Shown here: piece after piece, positions 51,546 through 64,000 of the stretch
Layout of the letters: each line of letters starts with the position of its first letter
Position numbering within the stretch: position 1 is the first letter of the stretch
NCBI RefSeq assembly: GCF_036321535.1
Contig: NC_087437.1
Coordinates: 87,236,001-87,300,000 of the forward strand
From: Camelus dromedarius
Lineage: Eukaryota
DNA length: 64,000 bases
Direction of reading: 5' to 3'
Notes under the pieces: model-generated
Database searches by the model: none
Seen by the model: the letters and a program-made list of their open reading frames with translations, nothing else
Told to the model about the DNA's origin: nothing
Made by a program: the position numbers and the translations under genes

Positions 51546-53774
51546 AAGCATTATTTTTACTTAATTTTTAAATGTCCTTTTGTTTATCACTCTGGAGAAG
51601 CTAGAATGTAAAGTGTATAGATTTTTTCTTAAGTTAGCCTTTTCTATCAAGAGTAATCATCTTCTCTGTCATCCTTACTGACAGGAAAAAAAGGACTACT
51701 GAAAAGTATTTTGGGATAAAATTAAATTTTAAAAATATAAGTTGTAAGATATTCTGTCAATGGAAAGTTAATTATCTTTTAAATACAATATAGGTTTTAT
51801 TTCAGAACATAAAGTTATTTCTATTACCTATCTCATATCCAAGATGCCTTTTAGACATCATGTACTTTTGATACCATCTTTTCTTTGTACCTTACATTAA
51901 ATTGTACCCCTATAGAATACAGCAATTAAGGAATACAGTTTGGCATTTCTTAAGTCAATCAAGTTGAATTGCTTTTTGAAATGAGCAATTTATAATTCCT
52001 CATTATAATTAAAGTAGCATTTTAATTCATTAGACTAATTTTTAGTATTTCTGTTGCTATTGATTTTTTCTTAGAAATCTAATCTCAATAGGGCTTCTAT
52101 TTAAGATCTCAGAAAATTGCAACATAAACTTTTCCAAATGCTGCTTTTTAACTCAGGCAGGAGGGACTACATCTAAAACATTCTCTGCATGTCCCACCCT
52201 TTTTAACTTCCACTATCATGAGAAAGAAAATAATTGGGAATGAATGAGAAGAAGAGTAAAAGAAGAAGCTCATGGGAAAAAAATTTATGTTTAATTCTGG
52301 GAATACTCCCTAAAGACATCTCATCAGACAGTTGAAACTATCTGAGGAAATGAAAATATTCACTTGGATTTTTAAGTCATGGAATGATAGGTAGAATGCC
52401 TTCCAGAAGCCCACTTACACTTTCCCCCTCATTCAGGAACTTATCTAAACCAACTGAGACAGAGGAGTTCCAATTTGAAAGCCTTATTGTAATATAGTTA
52501 CAAGATTATTTTAAATCATTTAAAACACCACCCCCCAACACCAACAGTTGCAATGGTTGTTGATCTTCCATCTCAGAATTTCTTATTTCGAAGTAAATAA
52601 TCCAACTTCATCTGTTTCCTCTCATTCTGGCCTCAAAGGAGATGAAGAACACCTGGACAAGTGTTGTCTGTGATTGCCCTTGATACTGCTGAAAGGGTTG
52701 TAGTACCTTTCATTCATGTCTTCCAAAAGCAAAATTAACTCTTTTTTGTACAACCATTTTTCATATATTCTATTTCCTAAACCTTTACCCATGTTTGCTA
52801 TTTATTTTCAACTTTGGAGTTGCCCCAACTCCATCTATTGAGTAATGACTCCCAGAACCCAAGAGAATAGCCTAGAAAATATCCAGAGGAAAACAAAATC
52901 CCATCAAACATTTCTAAATATTTTAAAATTTAGTAAGAGAAAAGGAAGGCCTTGACATATATAGGGTAATTGAAAACTACAATCAAAACCGTTCTTTTCC
53001 TCTCCTCCCTTGTATTTGTAATTTCAAAAGAAAAACATGCTTTCACGTGCTTTCTTTGAATTATCCATCCTCCAAATAGCAGTAGCATATTTAAAGCAAA
53101 ACAAAAACAAAAACAAAAGCCTCAGCTGATTAACTTATTATCTGGTGGTATTAGATGTGTGAGTTCTGTGTGCTGGCATGCATGCGTGTGCACACACGTG
53201 GACACTCACACACTCACCCACACACATTCTCCTCCTTCCCTTCCCTCTCTTTCTCTGCCCTCCACTCTTCCATCTCACACAGTTCTCAAATACACAGACT
53301 CCTTATTGGGAGTTCCCACGTCAAGCGTAGAATCTTCTAGGATTCTGAGCTTGCTTTATTTAATGTATTTTCCCTTGCTCTGTCTCATATCAGTATTTAT
53401 TTTACTTTTTCCTTTACCTTTTGTTTTTCTAGTAGATTTCTATTCTGATAAACTTTCCTTAGGCTGTTGTAGGAAATATATTTTTAGGTAAAAGCCAAAA
53501 AAGTTACTATTTTAAATTATTTGCCTGGTTTCTTTAGGTAGTGGGGGAAAACATCTCAAGGGGAACAAAAGGAACAAATTGAAATAGAAAAACTGCATAT
53601 TTAAAATGGCAGCTGAGCAGGATTTACATGGGTCTCTGTGTGTTCTTATTTCCTATTACAACTAGCTGTTTGTAATATGTTTTACAAAAATGGCTAGATC
53701 AGGATTTTATGTAGAATATTATTTGCAAACTTTAAAAATAGGATTTTTCCAGGGTTGTCCATTACTCTTAGAGT

Positions 53775-53965
53775 TAATTTTTTTTCTCAAAGTGTATTAT
53801 AAAGATCAACTGAATTAAATGGGGAGGTAGGTAAGTACTATTTAATATGCAGATTCTGGGACACATGCCAGATTTACTGAATTAGAATATTCATGCCAGG
53901 GCCCAGGGATGCCAGTGTTTTCCAAGATCAACAGTTGACTTTAAACCCATATTAACACTGATGTA
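53775..53965. mobile_element. MER5-like hAT element
   Basis: atgcagattctggg.....ccaga.ttactgaattagaat.....ggggcccaggga. Confidence 0.65.
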
Positions 53966-54799
53966 GAAGCCATAGAACCTAGGAAAAAATACTCTCTTAC
54001 TTCTTTTTCTAACTCTAGACCCAATGCCAAAATTTTTCAGACAGATGTGGTCAGTTTAAAATGAACAAGAAGAGCAAATTTAAATCAAAATAAAAATTAA
54101 CATAAATTCTGAAAGATGAGTCATCCCTCTCCTTTAGCTTGTTGTGAAGTCAGCAGTGATGTTTAGCACAGATTGGAAGAGTGATTTTTTTTTATCCTAA
54201 TGGTTATTCTTCAAATCCATATTTTATCGCAACTTGCTGTGTAGCAAAATGGTCCTCTTAAGACATTGGACTGCTGAGGGGAAGGCCATAGTATATTACA
54301 TTCTAGGGATGAGTCTGATGGGGCCAAACAGAGTATGTACATGTCTTCGATTCCTACAGTCTTCATTCATGCACACATATAAGTTATGTCAACTCGCTGG
54401 CCAGTTTCGAGCACTTGTTAAGATACAGGAGTGCTCTATGGACTTTTATCTGCAGTTTCTTTCCTTCCTCACACCAAAGTACCCAGATAATGACACTGCC
54501 TTTTGTTTGTATAGTGCTTGATAGAATGTTACAGAAATGTGATATAATGTCCATTGATCATCTTTGAGATTCAAAGTAATGTGAGGAAGACTGGGTGAAT
54601 AATGAGATTCATGATTAATGTAGGGTGAAATGGAAGTTAAATTAGATAAATAAAACCTACATCGTATCTTGCATCTTGTGTGTTGGAGACTTCAGATTAA
54701 CTCTCAGCTTTTGATTCTGTGATGTTTTCTCCATCATTCTGTGTAAGTAACGTGCTATCTAATACCATAATATTTGCTTATAATTTATATGTTTTAAAC

Positions 54800-54965
54800 G
54801 AACTACAGATACTTACATTCCTTTTCTTCACTTCCTTCACTAAAAAATGAGCTCCAAGATAGCAGGTTTTTTTTTTTTTTTTTTTTTGCCCTGCCTTGTT
54901 TATGTCTCTTATGTTCAGTGACTAGACCAGTGAATGGCAAATAGTAGGTGTTCAATAAGTTAAGT
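54800..54965 (+). mobile_element. L2 3' end
   Basis: atgagctcca.ga..gcagg...cagtgactaga.cagtg..tggca.atagtaggtgttcaataa. Confidence 0.7.
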
Positions 54966-57900
54966 TTGAAAATAGGTGCCCCCTTAAATAATTGTTCTCA
55001 TCTGTAAATTCTCCAAGTCAGAGAAACTTTGATCTTTTTTTCCCAGCAACAAACCTAAATTATTTTGAGACTACTGAAATATCTTAGTGGAAGAAATAAA
55101 TGGTATTGTAGAATACCATTTATTAGTAGGTTTCTGTTTAATTGTTTTATTGCTGTTTTTCTCCTCAGGTTCGCCATCAGTCAGTCGTCTATGGAAAATG
55201 ACAGATGATTTTCTAGGTATGTTCCAAGCTTCAGCAATTCATGATTTAAGGAATAATTGGTGTCACAAAATTAAGTTATAAATGTTTAATTGCAATAATT
55301 TCTGACAGGATTCCTGTATACAACAGTTAGAGAAGATAGTGAAATGTGTGAGTGACTGTAAAACATTTAAAGAGGTCTATAAGGTTGATATACAAGAGAA
55401 GTGTTTTGGTTTATTGGAAGATATTTTGTTTTTCTCTTGCTAGAGGAATACCCAGTGATCTCTAATGACTTTCCATGTTTTGCTGTTATTGTTGTTATTT
55501 TGATCTCTTGTTTTTGATAATATGTTTGCAAACAGTTACGTCAGCCCAGGGGAAATACTTCAGAGACCTAATAGCCTTCTATAAGCCAAAACCATTTATG
55601 GAAGAACAAGTAAATAACAAGCAAATGTATACCAACATGCAGCAATACAGCATGCATAGTTGATAAATCTAAAACTCCTCGTACAAACTGCCACTCCAGT
55701 CAACATATACCAAACATTTCTATCAAATGTACAATCTATCATGTACTTGCATTGCTTTTGTAGTTTTTATTTCCCCTTTTACTGTGGAAAGTACATGTTA
55801 TTGTGACCAAAAACTACTCTTTGGGGAAATATAGTGGTTTACAGGTCAATGGAAATGTGAATTTTAGGTATTAATCTACAATTAAAGGAGGAGTAGTTTA
55901 ACCCTAGTTTGACCATTGTCACTTCTCAGGTGAATTATATATATGTTGTCTGAGAAACAGCAACAACAGAGTACTGAAAAAATTACATCTGTGTAACACT
56001 GGTCAATCCACTAACAGTACTTCTAATGAGTCAATTTGAAGCAGTGTATATGTGTGTATGTACATTGTGTCTACTTGTTTGTAGATATGTTTATTTGTGT
56101 ATTTGTGTGTTTTTAATGCGTTGTCTGTCCTGTGAACCTTTTAGTCTTTGAAAAAATCGTTTGCTTTTTCTACCAGTATGTCAGTCTTCATTTATTCAAC
56201 ACTAGCAAATAAACTTCAAGCTTAAAATGAGTTGAGAAGCACTGCCGTTAAAGCTGGAAAGAAGGTCTCTAAAAGTCAGCTTACAGATTCCTATTTGTAA
56301 ATTGTAATAGCACACCTTTCTTAATAGGATTTTCAGAAAATAACAAAGTGCTTAATCTTTTGCCAAGTATTTCCTGTGCTTTGTTGATTCCATGCCTCAG
56401 TAAGAGCTGCATTTCTGCCTCTGCGTAAAATCTTTGGCTTACCCCAAGCATGTAAAGGCCTTTTGCTGTGAAATAAGATCTTTCAATCACTGTACATTTC
56501 TTAGGATAAAGGATGGGAACTCATACATATACAAAAACCAGGCAGTTTTCATGAATTTATGAGTTAAACAGAGTAGGACAGCATGGTAATAGGGGCTTTG
56601 TGCTAGTCTAGCTGTAACTATAAGCCTGTATATCTACCTAAGTTTACATCTATTTCTGTAGCTTGATTTACATCTACACATATAGCTATACCTATACAAA
56701 CACCTCTACCCCAACATAAATCTACCTGTTGTCTGTCTCTCTGTCTGTCATCAGGACTTTTCAGCTTGTGGATCAGACCTGACCCACCCAGGCCTGGAGT
56801 CACAAGGTTATTTTGCTGCAGAGTTGGATAGGGATTTAAGATCTCCTGTTCCTTGTGGGATACTTTTTCCATTGTGTCACAAGTCATCCAGGAAGGATAC
56901 AAATCAGGCTTTTCGAACACTTGAAGTAGACTCGGTTCCTGTGTACATAAGGACAAGCAAAATTTTTGCCGAGTTTTATTGTTGCTAGTTCTGTTACTGG
57001 ATTCATAAATAATTGTTGCACAATTTATTTGATATTAGTAGCAGTGTGACAGTCTACCTCGCATGTTACTGTGAATGAAATAATTATGCTGACAATGCAG
57101 AGGACCAACAGTAGTCTAAAACAATACTTGACTGAAAACATAAAGATAATCAAGCATTTAAACTCATTTTTCTAAGTATTTGGTTATTTTCCAACAGAAT
57201 AGCTTTGTTAACTAAAGAATTCGAGGCCATGTGCTACAGGGTGGAGATGTGTTGGGGAAATGTGGCATCTTTCTTAAGGAGGAGCCAACTCATGTTCAGC
57301 CACTAGGCCCAGCCAGTGGTTTATGGAGGTAAAGAAGCACATATATTTTAAGTAGTAAAATTTGACATTTTAAAGAGGGAAAGATACTTTTACAGAAATC
57401 CTTGAAATAACATGAAAGAAATAGTATTAAGAGAGACAAAGATGGTGTTGATGGAGCATTTTGACTGAAGTTCTTTCAAAGTATAAAAGGAAGTCGCCAT
57501 ATTCTAGATAAAGAAGGGAGGATTAAAGTGTGTCTGACTATGTCAGAACAGTAAATTTAGACGCAAACGTCTGCATTGCTTAAAATGTATGGGTGCCACT
57601 GAAGTAGTTAATGGATTAACTTTTGATTTTCCTCAATATAATCTTAAGCCAAGGTTTCCAGATGAACCCCAGGAAATTGATTTGAGGAAAAACTGACACA
57701 GCATTAGTCTTTTTCAAATTTTTTTCCAAGGGTGAACATTAAATGATATTGTTGTCCCACAGTGTTTGAAATGCTATGACAGCTGTTTGGGAAAAAAAAA
57801 AAATCAATTATTTATATAATTATTTAGACAACAAAATAGTTAAAATTTAAGGTAAGTTTGTTCTCATAATCTATTCAAACTAACTTGAAAGACAAATACA

Positions 57901-58427
57901 GACACTGGAACCTCATAATGATGTTATTCAGGTAGAAAAGAATTCTCTGTGAAATGGACCCTGTCAAGGGGATTTAGCTCCTAAAATGCCTAAAGACTTG
58001 CTTTTGGCACATCCTGAGAATGACATATTATGAGACAGTACCTTGGATGTTTTCACTGTGTGTGAGTATTTTAAAATACTTGGCCTTTTGGGGAGATAAA
58101 ATTATGGAATTTGGGAATCTCAAGTATATAAACATTACATTTTTCACCAATGACATTGGTATTTTCATAATTTATTTTTTTTCTTTCAATAGTCTAATCT
58201 ACATAGCTGGAAATGATCCATGGTTTATTCATTTACACAATAAAGTCATTCATTTTCCCAACCAACATTATTCATTGTTATTAGTAGAATATGGGATAAT
58301 AGACTTTAAAGACTCTAAAGTTCTATATAAATAAAAATACGGTAAATTTCAGGGGAATCAAGAGGACATAAATTCCATAGTGAATTCATAAAGATGGTGT
58401 ATGATTTACTTTTTTGTATATGTATAA

Positions 58428-58616
58428 TTTTTATTGAAGTGTAGTCAGTTTACAATGTATCAGTTTCTGGGATACAGCATGATACTTCAGTTGTACATGA
58501 ACATACGTATATTCATTTTTGTATTCTTTTTCACCATAAATTACTATAAGATATTGAATATAGTTCCCTGTGCAATACAGTATAAACTTGTTGTTTATCT
58601 ATTTATATATATATAT
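58428..58616 (-). mobile_element. Short 3' fragment of the same young L1 family as 34351-35019
   Basis: ttattgaagtgtagtcagtttacaatg...tactataagatattgaatatagttccctgtgcaatacagtataaacttgtt is highly similar to 34384-34560. Confidence 0.88.
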
Positions 58617-59944
58617 AGATAGATCTTTTGTAAAGAATTTAAATACATTTTAAAAATCCTGTGCATCTATATTCAGACAATATACTCTCTTCTTTTATCA
58701 ATAAAAAAGTGTCTTCTTTCAGAAGACAGTATAGAAATGCTATCCTCTGAATAAAACTATTAGGAATCAATATAACACAGAGGGGAAGACCAGCCACAAA
58801 TGGAAACTTTCCAGAAATTAGCCTAGCGTTTGAAGTGATTGATAAATATTTGTGTAAAAATCCCATATGAAACATTCTAATCTAAAAGTAACTAAAGTGA
58901 GAACATTTCATCATCAGCAAAGTGAAGGGCTTGGATTAGAGGATCATTTCTAGGAATTATACCACATTTATTCCAAATGCAAAGAGAAAGGTAGATGTGG
59001 TTCAAGGGTTCAGAAATGAATTTGAGGGAGGCAGAGTCACGTCAGGGGTGAATACCAAAAGGATTTCTGCTGCAATGTGCACAGTTTCAAGGCCATTTTG
59101 TGGTGGAGACCGTGGGTACCAGGGCTTAAAGGAACTGGATAAAGTGAACAGGCCAGCATGAAACAAGATAAATGAGCAATGACTGAGTGGGCCCCAGAGA
59201 GGAAGGAGCAAGATTACTATAGCTACAAAGCAAGTTATGTAATTGTTGGCACAGGCATTGTTTGTGACTTGTGTCAGAGTGCATGCAAGTGGGGAAGCCC
59301 CAGATTTATCCAGTGGGGCATATTTTGTGGCTTCTGGGTTGGGGTTTAGCCAAGAGAAGTGTTGCAGGCGCCTGTGGTACAGGGTTATACATACTTACCC
59401 TTTTTTCATTTCCAATTATAACACAGTGTCCTGGAATAACATCAGGTATTTAACCGTGTGCTCTATGTTTGATATGTCTTAGCTGTTAAATTCTGTAGCT
59501 GTTTTTCCTCCTATTTAAACTTTTGTCAGCCTCTTAATAGTGTTTTGCAACTACATTAACTCTTTCAATCCATTCTAGCATGTGGGAATAATTTGTATAA
59601 AAATAATGTATAATTTCTTGCTTATAAATATGTGGGGATTTAAAAAAAAATAAACCACAGCTCCATATCTCAAAACTTCTTTGAAAATTTGTTGACAGTC
59701 TTTAGAAAGCCACAGTCAGATTTTGATGTAGTGAGCAGATTTCAATTTTGATAAGAATGTTACAACTTGTAAACGTTGTGACTATCTCCCATTTGGAAAA
59801 CTCTTTGTAAATTCTTTAATAATAGCCAAATAAGCCCAATAGATTGATTTTATGTGTTCAGTTCTATCAAATACTGCCACCTTCAAACCATCTGTGGTAA
59901 TAGTATAAACCTAAGGGTGATAAGTATCTGTTTTGGATGATAGT

Positions 59945-60150
59945 AAGTGCCAGCACTGCACCTGGATTATCTCCCTCAGTCATGAGAACATTTACATGAG
60001 GAATGTAACATCATTATTCCCATTTTACAGAGATGGAAACTGAGTCCTTGTGATGTCATTTAGCTTATCTAAGGTCACATAGCTAAAAGTCTTAACTGTG
60101 GGAATAAAAAAGAGTTTGAATGCAGAGACTGATATATTAGCTTATGCAAA
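59945..60150 (-). mobile_element. MIR SINE
   Basis: attattcccattttacaga.atggaaactgag...aaggtcacatagcta. Confidence 0.8.
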
Positions 60151-60809
60151 TACCATTCCCATGGATTTTCACATTGACTAAACTTTACTATTGAAATAGA
60201 AAAGACATTTTAAAGTTATATTTTCTTGTTTGACTGTGATGATGGAGGTGGGTATCTCAACAGAGGCCTTTACCTGACACTTACAACAGAATCCTCTGGA
60301 TAGCAGGGGAGAAGGGGCTGCTAATTTTGGGTCTGAGGGCTGTGACACTGATACTTTGATTAGGTATTTGAGGAGGGGAGTGAAGAGGGAAGAATTGCAG
60401 ATGGAGACCCCTGAGAGAGTAGCTTATATTATTGGAACAGCATGTAGTAGAAGTGCAGTTAACATTTGTTAAATACACATAAATGACTTCAAGACCCCTT
60501 GTAATCTGGTGACTACTGTTTTGCCAACCTCACTTTAATCATGTCTTTCCTTGCCTTATGCTTCATATGTCCTACTGACCAGCACTGGATACACCATGAT
60601 GGTTCCACATCGTTAAGCCTTTCATCTCTTGTTTTCCCTCTATTTGTGATCCATCTTCTCTTTCATTATAAAACTCACATTTATCATAGCACCTCAGATG
60701 GCATTTTCCTGTGAAATTGAGAAACCTTCCAAAATTTAATTGACAGTCCTTATATGATTCCATTGCTCTTTACTCACAGTTCTTTTCTCGGGCTTGCTAC
60801 ATTGCCTTC

Positions 60810-61441
60810 TCTCGAGTTAACCACAAGTGCCTTCAAGGTAGAGAAAGCGTTACAGCATCCAGCTGTTGGTGTTCTGAGGTGAGTAAGACAGAACACAAAG
60901 ATATACTCTGTTTTAAAAGTGAGAACGATGACTCATCTCGCTTCAGCCTACTGATGAATGGGCAAACAAGTGTAAACCATGATGCTGTTGGGAGAGGCAA
61001 CTTGCCATGGACCCCATGTGTCCTGTGGGTTCTTGCTGGGTAGACCAAGAATGTAAAACACTGGCCTCTCTCTACTTGGGCCATTTTTCAGGGTTGCATT
61101 TGCAGTGAGGGATAAGGATGAAAAGCAGGCTTGCTTGCCATTTATGATAAAAACAGTGAAGTCCCCAAGTTTACTATTCCTCAGTCATGACACAAGTCCG
61201 TTTTGTATCCAACATTCATATGGGTTCCTCTGCAAGACCACCCTAGGGCCAGGGAGAAGGAGGAGCAAGAAGAACTGACATGACCATGAAGCTGATGCTG
61301 CCTGCTGTGCTATGAGTGATGAAGTTCTTTGTTTCTTACCTAGAAGTTTCATGTCTTCTGTCAGTAGCTGTGAAACAGAAACAGGCTAATTTATTAGCTC
61401 ACAAGTAGGTAAAATTCTAAGGATGTTCACAGATCTTTATG
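60810..61441 (+). mobile_element. MER54/MER74-group ERVL solo LTR
   Basis: 3' end gaactgac..gacc.tgaagctgat, catgtcttctg.cag, caggctaa.tt.ttagct..caagtaggt.aaaat, ttcacag.tctt. Confidence 0.7.
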
Positions 61442-61489
61442 TGATTAGCAGAAAATACTGTTGGGTGAATGGAGAATTGAGACAAACAA

Positions 61490-61850
61490 GAGATCAGCAA
61501 AGGGTAGTTATATAAAGCCAGTGATCACTGTGGGTAACAGAGCTTAATCCCACTGGGAAAACTCTAGAAGTCAGTGTAAAGCACATACTTCAGAGTCATC
61601 TCATCTGAGAGACAGGATGATGGAATATTTATATACTAATTCCCATCAGTCACTGATTGGGTGCTACTCTTGATGGGTATTAAATATTTGACATTTCCAG
61701 GATGCCTGGCATGTGGGCAGAGTGGTTTCTGGACATGGAGAAAGTCATCAGGCATAAAAAAATGCAGGTACTGGAGCTGGAATCAGCTTGTGTCCACTGA
61801 AATAGCCTAAAGGGATGTGGTTGGGGCAGCAAAATACTAGCTACAGTGCT
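61490..61850. mobile_element. LTR41-like ERVL LTR fragment
   Basis: cactgtgggtaac.gagcttaatccc.ctggg...cttcagagtcatc...atatttatatac.aattcccatcagtca.tg. Confidence 0.55.
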
Positions 61851-62499
61851 GAAAATGGCCCTTGTGGAATAAAGAAGCCACAGACTAGAGAAGCTCACAG
61901 TCATGGGTTTTCAGCCTTTGATGCCATCAGGTAAAAGAACAGGGCACAGAAGTACATGGTCTACCTACTAACAAACAGCGTATTCTACTTTGCTGCATAT
62001 ATGTATTTTGAATTGTTTTTATTTTTCTTCCTGCCATCTTATCCTTACATCATATCCTGTCATGAGAACTACTGTGTTGCTGTGTCCTCCCACCATGAGC
62101 TCAAATACATGGTTGCTGAAAGAAAGAATAGTGATAAAGGTGTATGTGATGCATATCTAAAAAGGATAATTGATTCACAAGGTTTAAATAGAAAGCTTCA
62201 AATACACTTTTATGGTATAAAGACATATAGAGAAAACAATATTGCATAATCCAATTTAATATGTAATTCAGTTAGCTGGCGTGACTCATACCTTACCCTA
62301 GGATGAAGAATGGGAGCTGGCCAGGTGAAATGGGAGCTGGGAAACTGCTGGGACACCACTTTATCCCCAAGAAGGACAATCCACTTATGAATAATTGAAA
62401 ATTGGCTGTCTAGTAAAACATTACTATTGCCAGGGTTTCCACTCAGAAATAAACAAAAGTTCCTGAATGACCAAAGGAAAAGAGGTTAAAAACTAGCAT

Positions 62500-62720
62500 G
62501 AATAAGACCTCCTGTATGCCAAGAACCCTGCCATAGAGTTCATGTGAAGTCACATGTTGGCCTCTTCCCCTCAACAGTTCTGTGAGGTTTCTATTTTACA
62601 TAGAAGAGGAAACTGGAAAGTTTAAGTACACTTTCCCAAGGGAACAGAATAAGTAATTGCAGATTAGGGGTGTGAATTCAGGTCTGCCTGACTCCAAAGT
62701 CCATGCTATTTCTACACCAC
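62500..62720 (-). mobile_element. MIR SINE
   Basis: attttaca.a.gaagaggaaact, gaattcaggtctgcctgactccaaagtccatgct. Confidence 0.8.
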
Positions 62721-62826
62721 CCCCTTGACTGCTTGTGAGTCACTAGTTCATGATGGGTATGGGTGGAAATGTACTAGTATTCCAAATAAAATCTTTTCAT
62801 CTAACATACACATAATACACACACAG

Positions 62827-63735
62827 TGTATACCAATCAGACTGCATTTTTTTTTTTTTGATGTTTGACTGCTTACAACTTTCAAGCCCCACTGTTTTTC
62901 CTTACCCAGCCCCACATGTGGGCAAGCTGGTAAGTGTTGGACTGTACCTTGCAGGCCTGCAAGCCTTGTAGTTCCCAATCTCAAGGCTGAAGAAAAAGCC
63001 TGGAAACAGTGACAGAGACATCAATGGTTTATTAGATAGGAAATCTTATGCATTTGAAGCAGAAGGTCCTGGAGTGACACCCCACTGTGTCCCGCTGATA
63101 GCAGGCAGGACATGACAACAATCTTTGCTACTTGGGGGAGAAGGAGGCTGCCATTTACAGGGGAAATTTATGTCAGGTTGGTTTACCAGTTACCAGGGAA
63201 ACCAGCAGCTGGAACACATCCCTTACAGCTCCTCAGATTAAGGACCATCATAAGGGCAGATATTTCCCTTTAATAAACTAGCAGCTTGAGCCATTCTGGC
63301 CTAAGGATTGGAACAATCACCAGCTAGGGCAGGGGGCAAGCATGTGTGTGTGAGCAGGGTGTAGACGAAGCAGGGACTGGTTGAGTGCAGGATGTACAAA
63401 GAGCAAGGGAAGAGCCATCTTGAGTGGCTTGACTATACAATAAGAAAGCCCAGGTGCTGTTGGAAAGTTCAAACCATGCAAATCCTAGCCTTCATGGAGG
63501 AACTCTCTTACCAATTCCACCCCCAGCTCTCTTAAAAACTCACAAGCTGCTTTCCTTTCCCTACTCTTCTAAGGCATTTTTGCACCTGTTGGGGGTCAGC
63601 TGTGCTCTGCCTAGAAAGTTCTATTATATTGCAATAAACTTCAAATCTTCAAACCATATGTGGCATTAACAGTCTTGACATCTGAACCAAATTTTGTTTA
63701 GAGGGTCTATTCTCTTATTGTGGGTGACCACCACA
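62827..63735 (+). mobile_element. ERV1-type 5' LTR (MER90/MER110-like), interrupted by a younger LTR
   Basis: tgactgct...ctttcaagccccact...cccacat.tgggcaagctg.taag | aaagccc.ggtgct...agttcaaaccatgcaa...aataaac...ccaca, followed by a PBS. Confidence 0.7.
62935..63439 (-). mobile_element. Solo LTR (505 bp) nested in the ERV1 LTR
   Basis: TG...CA termini, flanks GTAAG (62930-34) and ATAAG (63440-44), and minus-strand AATAAA at 63028-33. Confidence 0.8.
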
Positions 63736-63737
63736 TT

Positions 63738-64000
63738 TGGCACAGCAAGCAGAGTGTCCAGATAATGGCCACCACCACTGGGAATCTTTCTTTGCCTGCA
63801 TTGGCTTGCTAACTGGATATGCTGCTTGTTGGCAAGCTTGTGCTTTGAGCTATGCTGCTTTGTGCTCTTTGTTAATTCCTACTGAACCTCTTGTAGATTT
63901 AACCAACCTGAGTCGTAAGTTTCAATAATTAGCATTTATGGACAAAAGTATGTGTTTGGGGTCCTCTTTAAAATGGTCTGGGTCATGTGGATTGGCCCAG
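63738..64000 (+). mobile_element. ERV primer-binding site (tRNA-Ser-like) and start of internal sequence
   Basis: TGGCACAGCAAGCAGAGT lies 2 nt after the LTR CA end and matches TGGCGCAGCGAGCAGGGT at 15/18. Confidence 0.65.

Noticed and set aside
56590..56990. Possible old LTR (MLT2-like) and 112-aa minus ORF
   Set aside because: Too degenerate to assign by eye, and the ORF has no recognisable homology.
57731..57857. Possible exon ending at perfect donor AAG|GTAAGT
   Set aside because: The body is AT-rich with an A12 run and has no independent support.

Overview
Mammalian genomic DNA, most likely camelid (a vic-1-like tRNA-Ala-derived SINE at ~16870-17006 and a young L1 3' end of matching style). 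The only protein-coding sequence I can support is coding exon 1 of EPHA3 on the minus strand (14325->14238, signal peptide MDCHLSILLLLSVSVLNCFGELTLQPSNE), with its GC-rich promoter/5' UTR at ~14326-14700. Positions 1-14237 are intron 1 (exon 2 is not in the window) and contain a second CpG island at ~6850-7700. The ~49 kb upstream of EPHA3 is mostly ancient repeats (L1, L2, MIR, MER5, Tigger, MLT and ERV LTRs), often nested. Repeat family names are from recalled consensus sequences, and boundaries are approximate unless given with TSDs. The most interesting non-repeat signals are: (i) an orphan promoter at ~45500-45880 with NRF1, GC-box, BANP/ZBTB33, TATA-like and YY1 motifs, pointing away from EPHA3, plus candidate downstream exons; (ii) four out-of-frame upstream ATGs that form two uORFs overlapping the EPHA3 start; (iii) a CTCF/enhancer-like cluster at ~23150-23600; (iv) a nested LTR-in-LTR with a decayed tRNA-Ser primer-binding site at the right end. 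I see no evidence of a wholly new coding system.
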